Source of the DNA: Podarcis muralis
Lineage: Eukaryota
Assembly: GCF_964188315.1 (NCBI RefSeq)
Contig: NC_135665.1
Location: forward strand, 66,650,001 to 66,714,000
DNA: 64,000 nt
Direction: 5' to 3'
The translations under genes were made by a program, and so were the position numbers. Positions 52,594 to 63,472 of this stretch are shown one piece after another; positions within the stretch are counted from its first letter, which is position 1, and the number at the start of each line of letters is the position of its first letter. The notes below the pieces were generated by a model. It ran no database searches and was not told the DNA's origin. It saw only the letters and a program-made list of their open reading frames with translations.

Positions 52594-54083
52594 TTATTTG
52601 ACACGTACAAAGACGTTCTTGTCAACCCTTCAAGGAAAGAGAGAGAGAGGCTGAGGAGAATTGCCCAGCAAATGCCCTTCCCTGATTTTGGTGCCTTGTG
52701 GGTCAGGGGCCAGGACTGGCTTCAGTGTCCGTGGATGAGCCTTCCAGTGCCCACGGCCCCTTGAGCTGCCAGCCTTGCCCTCTTCCTCCACGTGCGCCCT
52801 CAGCAGTGGCACCAGAATGGGCCAGGAGCCGAGCCATGGCATCCGGGGCAGCCCCCTTGCAAGCAAGCATGGACTGGGGCATAGAGCTGCCAGCCCCCAT
52901 TTATTCACCCCAGGCAGTGAGGGCCCTGCCCTGCTGTTGGGTAAGTCCCCCTCCCCACAAGCCAGTCAGAGGGAGATGCTTGCAGCAGCCCTGCTTCACT
53001 TGTAGGCCTGCCCCCAGGGGGTGCTGAGCCAGGCAGTGGGGAGAAGGCCAGTCCCTATCTGCCCCAGTCCTAGGTCTTGTGGGGGCCTGCAAGGAAGGGC
53101 TTCAACTTTGCCCGTTGACTTTGTGGGGGCCCAGACCCACAAATGCATTAGTGTCACGGCCCCCTGGAGTTGGCTCCACTGGCTGATGGGGGGGGGGGTT
53201 CTCTGCAGCCGGAGTTTCAACCTGGGGGCTCCTCTGGCCCATGGCGGGGGTGAGGAGTTGAGGGGCTGTTGACTCACGGACCAAGTTCCCTGACGGATAA
53301 CAAAAGGCGAATCTTTCCTGGTGTTTTTCTATAGTAAAAAGGAGTAACCTGTTGGATTCCTGCCTGCCACACAGCTGTCAAGGGCACAAAAGCCCTTCTC
53401 TGCCCTGACTGCAACTCTTAGGCTAACCCTAAACCACAGAAAGGGCTCCCGCTCTGTGAGGGACGAGCCAAGCGGTCTTCGGTTGGCAGGACCACCTTCT
53501 GGGCTGTGGTGCCATCAGGATGCAGAGGACACTCGCCCCAAGACTGGGGGGGGGTAATATAAACAGCTGGAATCCCCCCCCCAGGATAGAGGAAGCTCTC
53601 TGGGTGAGGAGTTTCCATAGCCTTGACCTGGATGGGGCTGTCCTCCCCGCTGACGGGGCTCCTGGAGCCCCCTTTGTGAAGTGGCCTCGGAGAACCTTTT
53701 GCTGGCTTCTGCGGGTGCGGTGGGGGCTGTTTTTGCTCTTGGGGCGAGATGCCTTGGTCGCCGTCCTGCAGGATCTTGCTCCTAAGCCCCGCGTGAGGCG
53801 AGGCACCCCTTTGCGGCTGGTCCAGGAAATCCCGTCCCTGGGCTTGGCCAAGAATTTGCAAAGCTCTGCGCATCTTGGGACAGGGTTTCTCAAGAGGACT
53901 GGCCCGCCCCCCACAGGCCTCCGGGACCATTTTGCATGGCGCTCCCTCCCCAAGTGCTCTCGCGGCATCGCTGGGCTTCCCAGTGCCTTCCCTACTAAGG
54001 GGAGGCGGGCAGCTGAAAGCATTTTCGTTGCGGGAAGGCTAGTCAGACGCCTCGTTCGGTTGATGTTCTGTCCGGCTAGTCTA

Positions 54084-54127
<44 letters not shown>

Positions 54128-55954
54128 GGGAGGAGGCGTACATCACCTAAGGTTAGTAAGCAGTTGTATTCTTCCCCCCCCCCCCCCGGTTAAAATAAAA
54201 TTAAGACCAGTCGTGGATGCGCGTTAGAGGTGAGGCAAGCAGGGCTCCCGCGCTCCAGTTTGGGCAAATTTAAGACTGAATTCTTCGGAAGCAAGCAGCG
54301 TATTCTGAGAGCGTCATGGGCTGCAGTTACCTAGTTAGAGGCTGAAGGCAATCTTCGGCCGATAGCAAAGAGGATTTGAGACGGAGCCTAATTCAGCGCC
54401 GAGCTCTCGCGGACTGGGCTAAGTCAAGCGAGTTCCTGGACGCCTCTGGCAGGATTGCGTTTTGGGGAATGTGGGGATACCCTCTTTGGGAGGGAGACCG
54501 ATGGGAGTCGAGCTGGGGTTTTTGCCCCCCCCCGCTTCTCGGGGGCGGAGGGAGCTGAATGGCCCCCGAGATCTGCTTGGAAGCGTAGCGGAGAGCGGGA
54601 GCCTTCCTGGGAAGAGCTGCTTCTCCTCCTGATCCTGAAAGGGAGGGAACTGATGCTCAGCCCCGACGGCGCCCCTCCGCCCCTTGAGGGTCTCGCCTGC
54701 CTGTTTTAATGGCTAGGGGGGGACCCCCTCCCCAGTCGGGCCGCTTACCGGTTGGCCTTCCAGTCGTCGGCGTGCGTCGCCACCTCCTCCCGCAGCAGCC
54801 ACGTCGTCTCCAGGGTCTCCTCGCCCTTCTCGTCCACGAAGCACTGCCCCACGAAGACGGTGGTGGAGTCTGCGAGGGGGCAGAGAGAGGGAGGTCGGTG
54901 GGCTGGCGCCGAGGGTCTTCAGGGGCGGCGTGGGGGGGGGGGATTGCCCAGCCCCAGAAGCCACCGCATGACCGGGAAGAGCGACTGGGGCCCTTCCCTT
55001 CTCCGTCCACGGAGCTGCTCGGACCCCTCTCTATCCCCGCGGGGCTCGTGCCTCCCGCCCCTGCCTACCGGAGAAGGACCAGATGACGGTCATGCCGAAG
55101 GTGGGCTGGGCGCGCCGGTTGGTGTGGTGCTGCCTGCCGTGCAGAGGCGACTCCCGGATGGCGGCGTTGGGGGCAGCCGAGACGGCGGTCAGGTAGGAGC
55201 CCGAGAACTGGCCGTCCTCGTTGGTGGTCCCGATGACCATCTTGGAGCCCAGATCGTTCACCCACGTCCCCGCCAGGTTGCACTGCGGAGAGGAGCGGGT
55301 CAGAGAAAGGGGGAAGGGACCCCAGAGGGTCATCAAGTCCAACCCCAAAGGCGACTCCCCAGCATATCAGAGAGGGACCCCTCGGCCGCACGCAAGCGGG
55401 CGCGGAGACCCCAGGGGGCACCTTGCGCCCCGTGAATATCGCGCCTGCTCCAGCTCCCCGCCCCGCAAAGCCATCCGAAGCAACCCCCTGCAAGGCGCCT
55501 GTCGCAGCTGCAGGTCAGAAATTAAGACCCTGCGAAAGAAGGAGCCTTAAACCAGAGGAAAGGAAGCCGCCAGCAGCCCGCCCTGCCCCACAAGCGCGCC
55601 GGGAGGCTCCCCGACGTCTCCGCTCCCTTCGCGCCCTGACGGGGGCTTCGTTTTCCGCCCCTCCGGTGAGGCGCTGCCGCAGGTCCCTTTCGCAGAGGGG
55701 AGAGCGAGGCGGAGACCACCAAAGCCCCTCTGCCCAGATGCGGAGGTCTCTCCGACTGCAGCCGGCGCCACTTGCCCGGCCCGGCCTGCCCGCCCCGTCC
55801 CCCTCGCCTCGCCTCCGCCTGGCCCTACCTTGGCCGGAGCCTGGCTTTTCCTCTGGACGTCCAGCGCCAGCGAACAGGCTGGCAAGAGGGAGAGAAGGGC
55901 GCCCAGGAGCGCCAAGCCTGCCATGCCGCCCAGAGAGACCCTGCGCTGCGCCAT
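52594..55954 (-). CDS. AVD: Avidin-family biotin-binding protein, 164 aa precursor. Exons 55954-55829, 55282-55069, 54869-54749, 52627-52594.
   Basis: Signal peptide ...MAGLALLGALLSLLPACSLA...K|CNLAGTWVNDLGSKMVIG...SYLTAV...ESPLHG...QPTFGMTVIWSFS|DSTTVFVGQCF...WLLR...DDWKANR|VDKNVFVRVK*. Same four-exon layout and phases (0,1,2) as chicken avidin as I recall it. The symbol denotes the family; exact orthology (AVD vs AVR/BBP) is untested. Exon 4 is the best match found, 2.1 kb downstream. Confidence 0.92.
54086..54125 (+). repeat. (GCTT)n microsatellite in avidin intron 3
   Basis: About 10 perfect units. Confidence 0.95.
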
Positions 55955-56001
55955 CCTCGATGCCGGGAAGGGAATGTCCCCGTCGAGCCGGCGGCCGCCC
56001 T

Positions 56002-56039
56002 CTTATAGCACCCGGGCGGGCGGCGGGCAATTGCGCAAG
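56002..56039 (-). promoter_or_regulatory. Avidin core promoter: TATA box (56002-56008) and C/EBP palindrome TTGCGCAA (56031-56038)
   Basis: CTATAAGA on the minus strand about 50 nt before the ATG; exact TTGCGCAA 23 nt further upstream, flanked by GC boxes. Confidence 0.7.
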
Positions 56040-56289
56040 TCGGGTGGGCGCGGCGCGGAGACCGGTGCCAAGAGGGCGGAGGGGCTGGCAGAGGCACCCC
56101 GGGCATCTCCCCGCCCCCGGCCAGGAAAGATGTTCGACCACCTGCCAACAGGCACCGTTATCTTTTTATTTGCTTATTTCTTTATAGGTATATATATTCG
56201 TATACTGCTGTACCATAGAAATACACCACAACAGTTGACGACAATATAAAACCAGACAGTAAAATCATAAAAAGTTGAAAACACCTTTT

Positions 56290-57092
56290 AAAAAAATAGA
56301 AACAATATTCAGTTGACCGTTGTGGGGGTTGTGTTATTTAACTGCCTGCCTAGGCCTGGCGGAATAGAAGAGGTTTCAGCAAGCATTTAAAATTTGGCAC
56401 AGAAGGCGTCTGCTGAATCTCCAGTGGCAGACAGTTCCATAGGACTTGGTTGATGACACCAAAGGCTCAGTTTATACTTCCATCAGCTAAGTCTGGTGAA
56501 CTTGTGGAATGACCAGTGATGCTACGGCAGATGATCTCAGGGGGTGAGCTGGAACAGAAGGGCTCAGGGAGGACCCTGGACCACGTTGTTCAGGAATTGT
56601 GGTTTTTTAAATATTTTGTTGGGAGCCTCCCAGAGTGGCTGGGTTTCCCCAACCACTCTGGGCAGCTCCAAACAGACTATCAAACATTAAAACATTAAAA
56701 GCTTCCCTAAACAGAGCTGCCTTCAGATGTCTTCTAAAAGTCGGATAGTTGTTTATTTCCTTGACATCTGATGGGAGACGTTCCTTCAGGTATACTGGGC
56801 CAAGGTCATTTAGAGCTTAAAAGATCAACACCAACACTTTGAATTGTGCTCAGAAACGTCCTGGGAGCCAATGCAGATCTCTCAGGACCGGTGTTATGTG
56901 GTCTCGGCGGCCGCTCCCAGTCCCCAGTCTAGCTGCCCTATTCTGGATTAGTTGTAGTTTCCGAGTCACCTTCAAAGGTAGCCCCACGGAGAGCACATTG
57001 CAGTAGTCCAAGAGGGAGATAACCAGAGCATGCACCACTCTGGCGAGATAGTCTGCAGGCAGAGAGGGTCTCATCCTGCATACCAGATGGAC
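56290..57092 (-). mobile_element. Two adjacent L2 fragments of different families (56290-56610 and 56633-57092)
   Basis: The second encodes ARVVHALVISLLDYCNVLSVGLPLKVTRKLQLIQNRAARLGTGSGRRDHITPVLRDLHWLP. Confidence 0.85.
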
Positions 57093-57719
57093 CTGGGAAG
57101 GGCCAGGATTTTGTTGAGAAGGATCCCTGTGACCTCCTGCGGTAGGCTTGACCTGGCTCCAGCATTTGCACTTCCTGTATATTTTGTTGTGTAACATTTA
57201 TTTTTCCACAATTTGCAATTTGTTATATAACAGTTATTTTTCAGTAACAATCCTTAATCCAAGTTCTGCACAAGCTGTATGCCTGCCCTCACCTTGAGCT
57301 TGTGCCCAGGTGCCTGCCAACTTTCGCTTTCGACAGGGAGGAGAGGAGGGACTGGGAGCAAACATGACAGCCCTGAAGGTGGATCAGGCCCAAAGGAGGC
57401 CTCATCCTGTCCTCCCCGGGGCCAACCAGATGCCCACTATGGGTCCTGAGTCCAAGAGGAGCAGTCTCACCTCCTGCGCTTTCTGGCAACTTGTATTCGG
57501 TTCAGAATCTGAACCTCAGTTTAATGCGGCCCACAGCCCTGTTAGTTCCCTCTCAAACTTGCTTTAAATCAGTGCAGTTTGGAATGGGTCAGTGCACCAT
57601 CTGGATTCCAAAGGGCATCCAGTTTTAGATCCAAACCTCCTTCTCAATGTCAAGGACCACAATACACAAGTGGGAAGAAAGGCTTTCAGAAGCGTCCAAA
57701 TCAGGGCAGTTTGGAATTT

Positions 57720-58615
57720 CAGAAGAATTTTTTTCATTATTTTTTATTCAAAATTAAAACAAAACATATTATCCAGAAACATATCATCCTTATTCTCCCC
57801 CCCCCCCCATTTTTCCTCCCCACCTCACAACCCCCCACCCCCCAGCTTCCCTCAGTTCCAGTCTTTGATTTCTCTGAGAATGCGGTTTTCTGCATGTTAC
57901 AAAGTTGTATAGATCCTCAAACTATTTAGCTGATTATTATCAATAAAAGGTTTGTGAATGCTTATTCAAAGCCAGCCAAGGAGTCCAGTTCACTTTGTTG
58001 CGTCTTCAAATACTTTGTAAAGGGTTCCCACTCATCCTTAAAGTCACAGTTATCCTTGTCCCATATGTCAATTTTGCCAGTTCTGCATAGTCCATCAATT
58101 TTCTTGCCATGATTCTTTAGTTGGGGTTTCTTCAGTCTTCCATCCTTGTGCTATTAAAACTCTCATGGCTGTTGTCGCATACAAGAAGATGTTTTTCAGC
58201 TTTTTTGGCAGGTCTTACCCTACAATCCCTAACAAAAATGCTTCAGGTTTTTTAACAAATGTTAAATGGAACATTTTCTTCAATTTGTTGTATATCATTT
58301 CCCAATTTTTTAAAATTACATTACAATCCCACCACATATGATAAAATGTCCCTTCGTTTTCCTTACACTTCCAACATATATTTGAACAAGTTTTGTACAT
58401 TTTCCCTAACTGCACTGGTGTCATGTACATCATCTTCATGTAATTCTCCTTCAATAGGGAACAATCTGTAAATTTTAAATCAGTTTTCCATAATTTTTCC
58501 CAATCTTCCATCATAATGTTGTGACCTACATCTTGTGCCCATTTACTCATAACTGATTTTACCTCTTCATCTTTCGTCTCCCATTCTAATAGTATGCTGT
58601 ATGTGGCCATTTTGC
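57720..58615 (-). mobile_element. L1-like ORF2 C-terminus (zinc knuckle) and 3' UTR
   Basis: KWAQDVGHNIMMEDWEKLW..CWKCKENEGTFYHMWWDC..KPEAFLLG. Confidence 0.88.
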
Positions 58616-59389
58616 AGAATAATTTGACAGTTACCTAACACCAGTAGCAACCCAGTTTGGAAGTGCAGAGCTCCAGCCTAGGAAGCTCAGGTGGCTGCCT
58701 GGCAGGAGGGGGGGGGGCTTCAGCTGCTGCAGAGTGCGGAGAATGAGTTCCTTCAGGGCCCCCATTGTTTCCCATGGAAACCTGGAAGTTTGAGCCACTG
58801 CCCTGAGTTCAATCGCTAGGTAGGTGAGGCTGGGAGAGGACCTCTGGTCTTCTTGTGAGCTAGCAGGATGCCTCACTCATTTGCCCCCCCCCCCTCAGAC
58901 ACCCACACACCCACCAGCTGAAGACTACTTGAATGGAGGTGGTTATCAGGATTGCTGCAAACCTGGGCTTCAAACCCACTCCAAGCCCTGCTCCTTCCTG
59001 AACCCTCCTAACCACAGAGGACAAGGGGTGGTGCCAATCTTGACACTCCTGTGTGTATTGACCAGGCTGATTTCACTGAGATCTGTGGCAAAACGGCGGC
59101 AGCAAGAAACCTGGCTTGCAGGACTTTGTTGGCGGGAGATGATGCCACCGATCATGGAGGCTGGTTGGTTTGGCTACAGCACATCTGTGACACACCAACA
59201 CACAGAGCCTTTTCCACTGTAGCCAAGGTGAGGGGCAGCTTTCCATATAGCCAGATGCAAAAATGGGGAAGAAGTCAATCCTGTTCATTGCTGGGGGGGG
59301 GGGGGTTTGACCCTCTGTGAGCAATTTGCGCTGCCTTCCGACCTCTCCTTTCCTGCATTTCAGAGGAGCTCCTGGCAGAGCTTGGATCT

Positions 59390-59390
59390 C

Positions 59391-59439
<49 letters not shown>

Positions 59440-59618
59440 TTATTATTTATACCCTGCCCATCTGGCTGAGTTTCCCCAGCCACTCTGGGCGGCTTCCAAT
59501 TGAGTGTTAAAAACAATACAGCATTAAATATTAAAAGCTTCCCTAAACAGGGCTACCTTCAGATGTCTTCTAAAAAGAAGACAGCTGCTTATTCCCTCAC
59601 ATCTGAAGGGAGGGCGTT
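59390..59618 (-). mobile_element. L2 3' end with (TAA)n tail
   Basis: ataccctgcccatctggctgag..ccctaaacagggctaccttcagatgtc. Confidence 0.85.
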
Positions 59619-60734
59619 AAGCTCACGCAAATCAGGTTCTTGCAGGTCAGGTTGGAGCAAAGAGGATGGTTCACTTCCATTGACATTTTGTGGTTTTGCA
59701 CTTTACAGACGGATGACTGGCTGCTGTTTATACTGGACACAGACAGCTTGCTTACTCACCTTGTTCTCCGCCCCAGACTTGCATTGCCCCACACCCTGCT
59801 GCTCAGAAAGAAGAACCACTTGCTTCATCCTGGGCTTCTCCCTTCCACTCTTGTGCAAGAATCCCCTGTGTTGCTGCCAGCTGTCTTCCGAGCATCCATA
59901 GGAAGATGTCACCGGCAGGCCACTGATCTGTGGAGCCCAGGACTGCCAGCACTTCCTGGTAGTGGCTCTGCAGGTCTTCTGGCTGAGATTCCTTGCAGCC
60001 TGACCTGAACCTGAGACCTTCTGCATAGCAGGCAGAGATGCTCTGTCACCAAGCCAAAGCCCTTCCTCGTTTTGGCTGTCAGTGCATCCCCCATCCTACC
60101 CAGAACATGATGCCAAGAGAACAAGAGAGAGGAGGAGAGGGGCCTGGGACAAATCCCACCCGCCAGACAGAGTGTGGTCTTTCAAACACAAGATAAACAC
60201 ATCTGCATCCAGCCTGGCTGGACCTGGGCCAGAACCTGCTTCAGGTCTGTTGTAATCTGAATTGCTTCAGCGAGGAAAACATCCCCTGTGGTCTGGCACA
60301 TTGTGACTTGCGGGCAGAGGGGGGGGCATGTTTGTCCACCAGCTCCTTCTCAGAAGTACACGGGTTAACATGATCCCTGCCTGAATAAATATTACCGCCT
60401 TTCTTCCCAAATAAAGGAACAAGGACACATTGGAAATCCCCCTTCCTGTGCCCTCTGGCAAGATTTCCGCAGCTGGCACTGGAGCAAAGGGCAGTGTGGG
60501 GGTTGCCCTGGCCTGGCCTGGCCTGACCCTCTATGGGCTGCTTCCGCAAGAGGGGGGGGGGACTGAGCCTTGCAGCTTCTGGGAAGGGATGCAATCACTG
60601 CTGCAGCCTTCCCCTTCCTGGCAGGAGGGCAGAAGGAAGAGACAGTTGCAACCCTGGGGCACCTAGTCCCTCCTCTCTGGGACTTCACTTCTTTAAAGGA
60701 GGACTAGACAAATTAATGGAGGGTATTTAAACTT

Positions 60735-61455
60735 TTTTTTTTTTAAAAAAAATGTTATTAATAAATGCAATTCTTACAAACACAAACCAGAACACTAAAC
60801 AAAGTTATTATACATAGATACATACATCTCTCAACTTAGATTACAAAAAAGGAAAACAAACATACAAATTAAACATACAGACATAAATTTTGACTTCCCT
60901 CCACCTATATGTGGCTTCCTTTGTTTTTTTCTTCTTTTTGCTGTGTTATCAATATTATTTTTGACTATCTCATCTTATACCCATTTCTTCTTAATTTTTT
61001 ACTCTATAAGTTTCATTCATTGCATATTGATATATTAATACCAGAACAATGGTTTTTGGTGTATTCCTTCACACAAGTCCACTCCTCTATCAGTTTTTGG
61101 TCTGATTGGCCTCTTACCACTGCTGTAAGTCTTGCTGATTCTATATATTCACAAAATCTTATTTGCCATTCTCTTATTGAGGGAGTTTTTTCTCCCTTCC
61201 AGTTTTTTTGCTATAATCATTCTGGCCACAGCGGTTGCATATAAGAAAACTTTTTTCCTAGTGGAAGGAATGTCAGTCAATATAATTCCCAAGAGGTATG
61301 CCTGTGTTGTTTTTTTACATGATATTTTAAACATTTTTTAAAGTTCCTCTTGAATGTCACTCCAAAATTGTTTAATATACACACACTCCCACCACATATG
61401 ACACATGGTTCCTATCTCTGTTTTGCATCTCCAGCACAAATTATATTTTGATATT
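60735..61455 (-). mobile_element. L1-like ORF2 C-terminus and 3' UTR
   Basis: CWRCKTEIGTMCHMWWEC..AYLLGIIL..YATAVARMIIAKK. Confidence 0.85.
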
Positions 61456-61834
61456 TAAACTTTCAATGGCTCTCAGGCACAATGGCAAGCTAGCATGCCT
61501 CTGAATACCTGGCTGCGCAGGTGGTGTCTTGGCTGTGTTACGGAAATTACCGGGGGGGGGGGCACATCTTTAAAGTTAAATATTACAAATATTATGCCTG
61601 AATGTATCCTTTCAGCTTGACAGCTCAGGGAAGTTACCTATCTTTAAAAATAATATAAAATCAACTCCTTTGCCAATTTCCTCCATTCCAAAGCTATTTT
61701 TCCCTTGAAAAAGGACTCCAGGAAGTGTCCAGAGGTGACAATTGCTCATTGTTAGCCAAGGGAAGCCAAATCTCACCACCTGACTCGCCTCAGGCTCCAG
61801 ACACAGGAACTTCTATTGTACTTTTGGGTGGTGG

Positions 61835-62169
61835 GTAAAGGTAAAGGTAAAGGGACCCCTGACCATTAGGTCCAGTCGTGGCTGACTCTGGGGTTGCGGC
61901 ACTTATCTCGCTTTACTGGCCGAGGGAGCCGGTGTACAGCTTCCGGGTCATGTGGCCAGCATGACTAAGCCACTTAAGGTGAACCAGAGAAGCGCACAGA
62001 AACACCGTTTACCTTCCCACTGGATCGATACCTATTTATCTACTTGCACTTTGACGTGCTTTCGAACTGCTAGGTGGGCAGGAGATGGGACCGAACAACA
62101 GGAGCTCACCCCGTCGCGGGGATTTGAACCACCGACCTTCTGATCAGCACCAACCTTCTGATCAGCAAT
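61835..62169 (-). mobile_element. Sauria SINE, 5'-truncated with a local 18-nt duplication
   Basis: (gtaaag)3 tail, core ctagcagttcgaaagcac on the minus strand, cc.accttctgatcagca twice. Confidence 0.9.
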
Positions 62170-62519
62170 ACCTGAGTCTTGCCCTGCCATGTCTACTTAT
62201 GCTAATCTTGTACCAAGGACTTGTCTGGACATGTTTGCCAAGGTTAACCCCTCCCCTTTTGTGACATGTCAGTGATGTTGCAATGATGCTGTACGAACTG
62301 TATTCTGGGATATGGTGGGAAAGTTTTAAAAGTCTTTGTCCCCCCATCCTCGGGATTCAGATTTGCTCTTTGAACCTATTGCTCTATGAACTTTGGTCTA
62401 CAGCTATTTGCTCCGGTTGGCTGGAATCCTTCCTTTATTCCGCAGGGACCCGCGGTCTCTGCCCGACCAGCTGGGGGACTGAGCAGCCTCGCACCTCGAT
62501 TTTTCTGTAACAGCTGGAA

Positions 62520-63472
62520 GGGTGTGGCCTCTTGGATTATGGTCTCTGCATCCTTGAGGAAGGTCTTCTGGAGCCTTGTGAACCAGATCAGGAGAGCTTT
62601 AAACTAGTTCTTAGGGGCCGGGAGACAACATTACAAATGACAAAAGAGCACCTGGTACTGGGGATAATGGCTTCATTGATGCACAGGAAACTGAGGTGGT
62701 ACTCCAGAAACCTGCTAAAGGGCAAGAAATCACAAGAAGGAAGCAGCTGGAGGAATGACTGGTGGTTTCAGTTGTCTCTACACAAATGCACAGAGTATGG
62801 GAAACAAGCAAGATGAATTGGAGCTTTTATACAGGATGGCAAATATGACCTGGTAGGCATTACTGAAACCGGGTGGGATAAGACTCATGACTAGAATGTA
62901 GGAATTGAGGGATATAACCTGTTCAAAAGGAATAGACTAAGCAGGAAGGGAGGAGGAGGACCATCATATGTAAAGAATGTGTACACTTGTGAAGAAAACC
63001 ATGACTTGGAGCATGGAAAGCAGATTGAGAGTATATGGATAAAAATTGTAGGAGAGAAACACAACAGGGACCTTACTGTGGGGGTCTGCTATAGACCGCC
63101 AAGCCAGACTGAAGACTTGGGTGATGCCTTACTAGAGCAGATTACCAACCATTCAAAAAGGAGAGATATAGTGGTCATGGGAGATTTCAACTTCCCCATA
63201 TCTGTTGGAACTCAAACTCTGCCAAGAAGGTAAAGGCCAACAAAATCTTCCGTTGCCTTCCTGACAATTTCTTTTCCCAGAAGTAGCAAGGGGATCCTCT
63301 ATCTTGGGCCTGGTCCTCACCAGCTGGGAGGAACTGATCGACAAAGTGGAAGTACTCCGAATCTTGGGTTGCATGGCCATCTGTCCTGGATGCTTTAGCT
63401 GTGATTCCTGCATTGCAGGGGGTTGGACTAGATGACCCTTGAGGTCCCTTCCAACTCTACCGCTCTGTGATT
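62520..63472 (+). mobile_element. CR1 LINE with ORF1 end, ORF2 endonuclease, large internal deletion and 3' tail
   Basis: LDYGLCILEEGLL..LVNQIRRALN* (ORF1 end); CLYTNAQSMGNKQDELE..GITET..IESIW..VGVCYRPP..VVMGDFNFP (frameshifted APE domain); tail gggttggactagatgacccttgaggtcccttccaactc. Confidence 0.88.

Noticed and set aside
53418-54227. 170-235 aa ORFs in avidin intron 3
   Set aside because: Low-complexity translations without domain motifs or supporting splice sites.
62260-62512. TG...CA-bounded segment as a second solo LTR
   Set aside because: No TSD and no correctly placed poly(A) signal; left unassigned.
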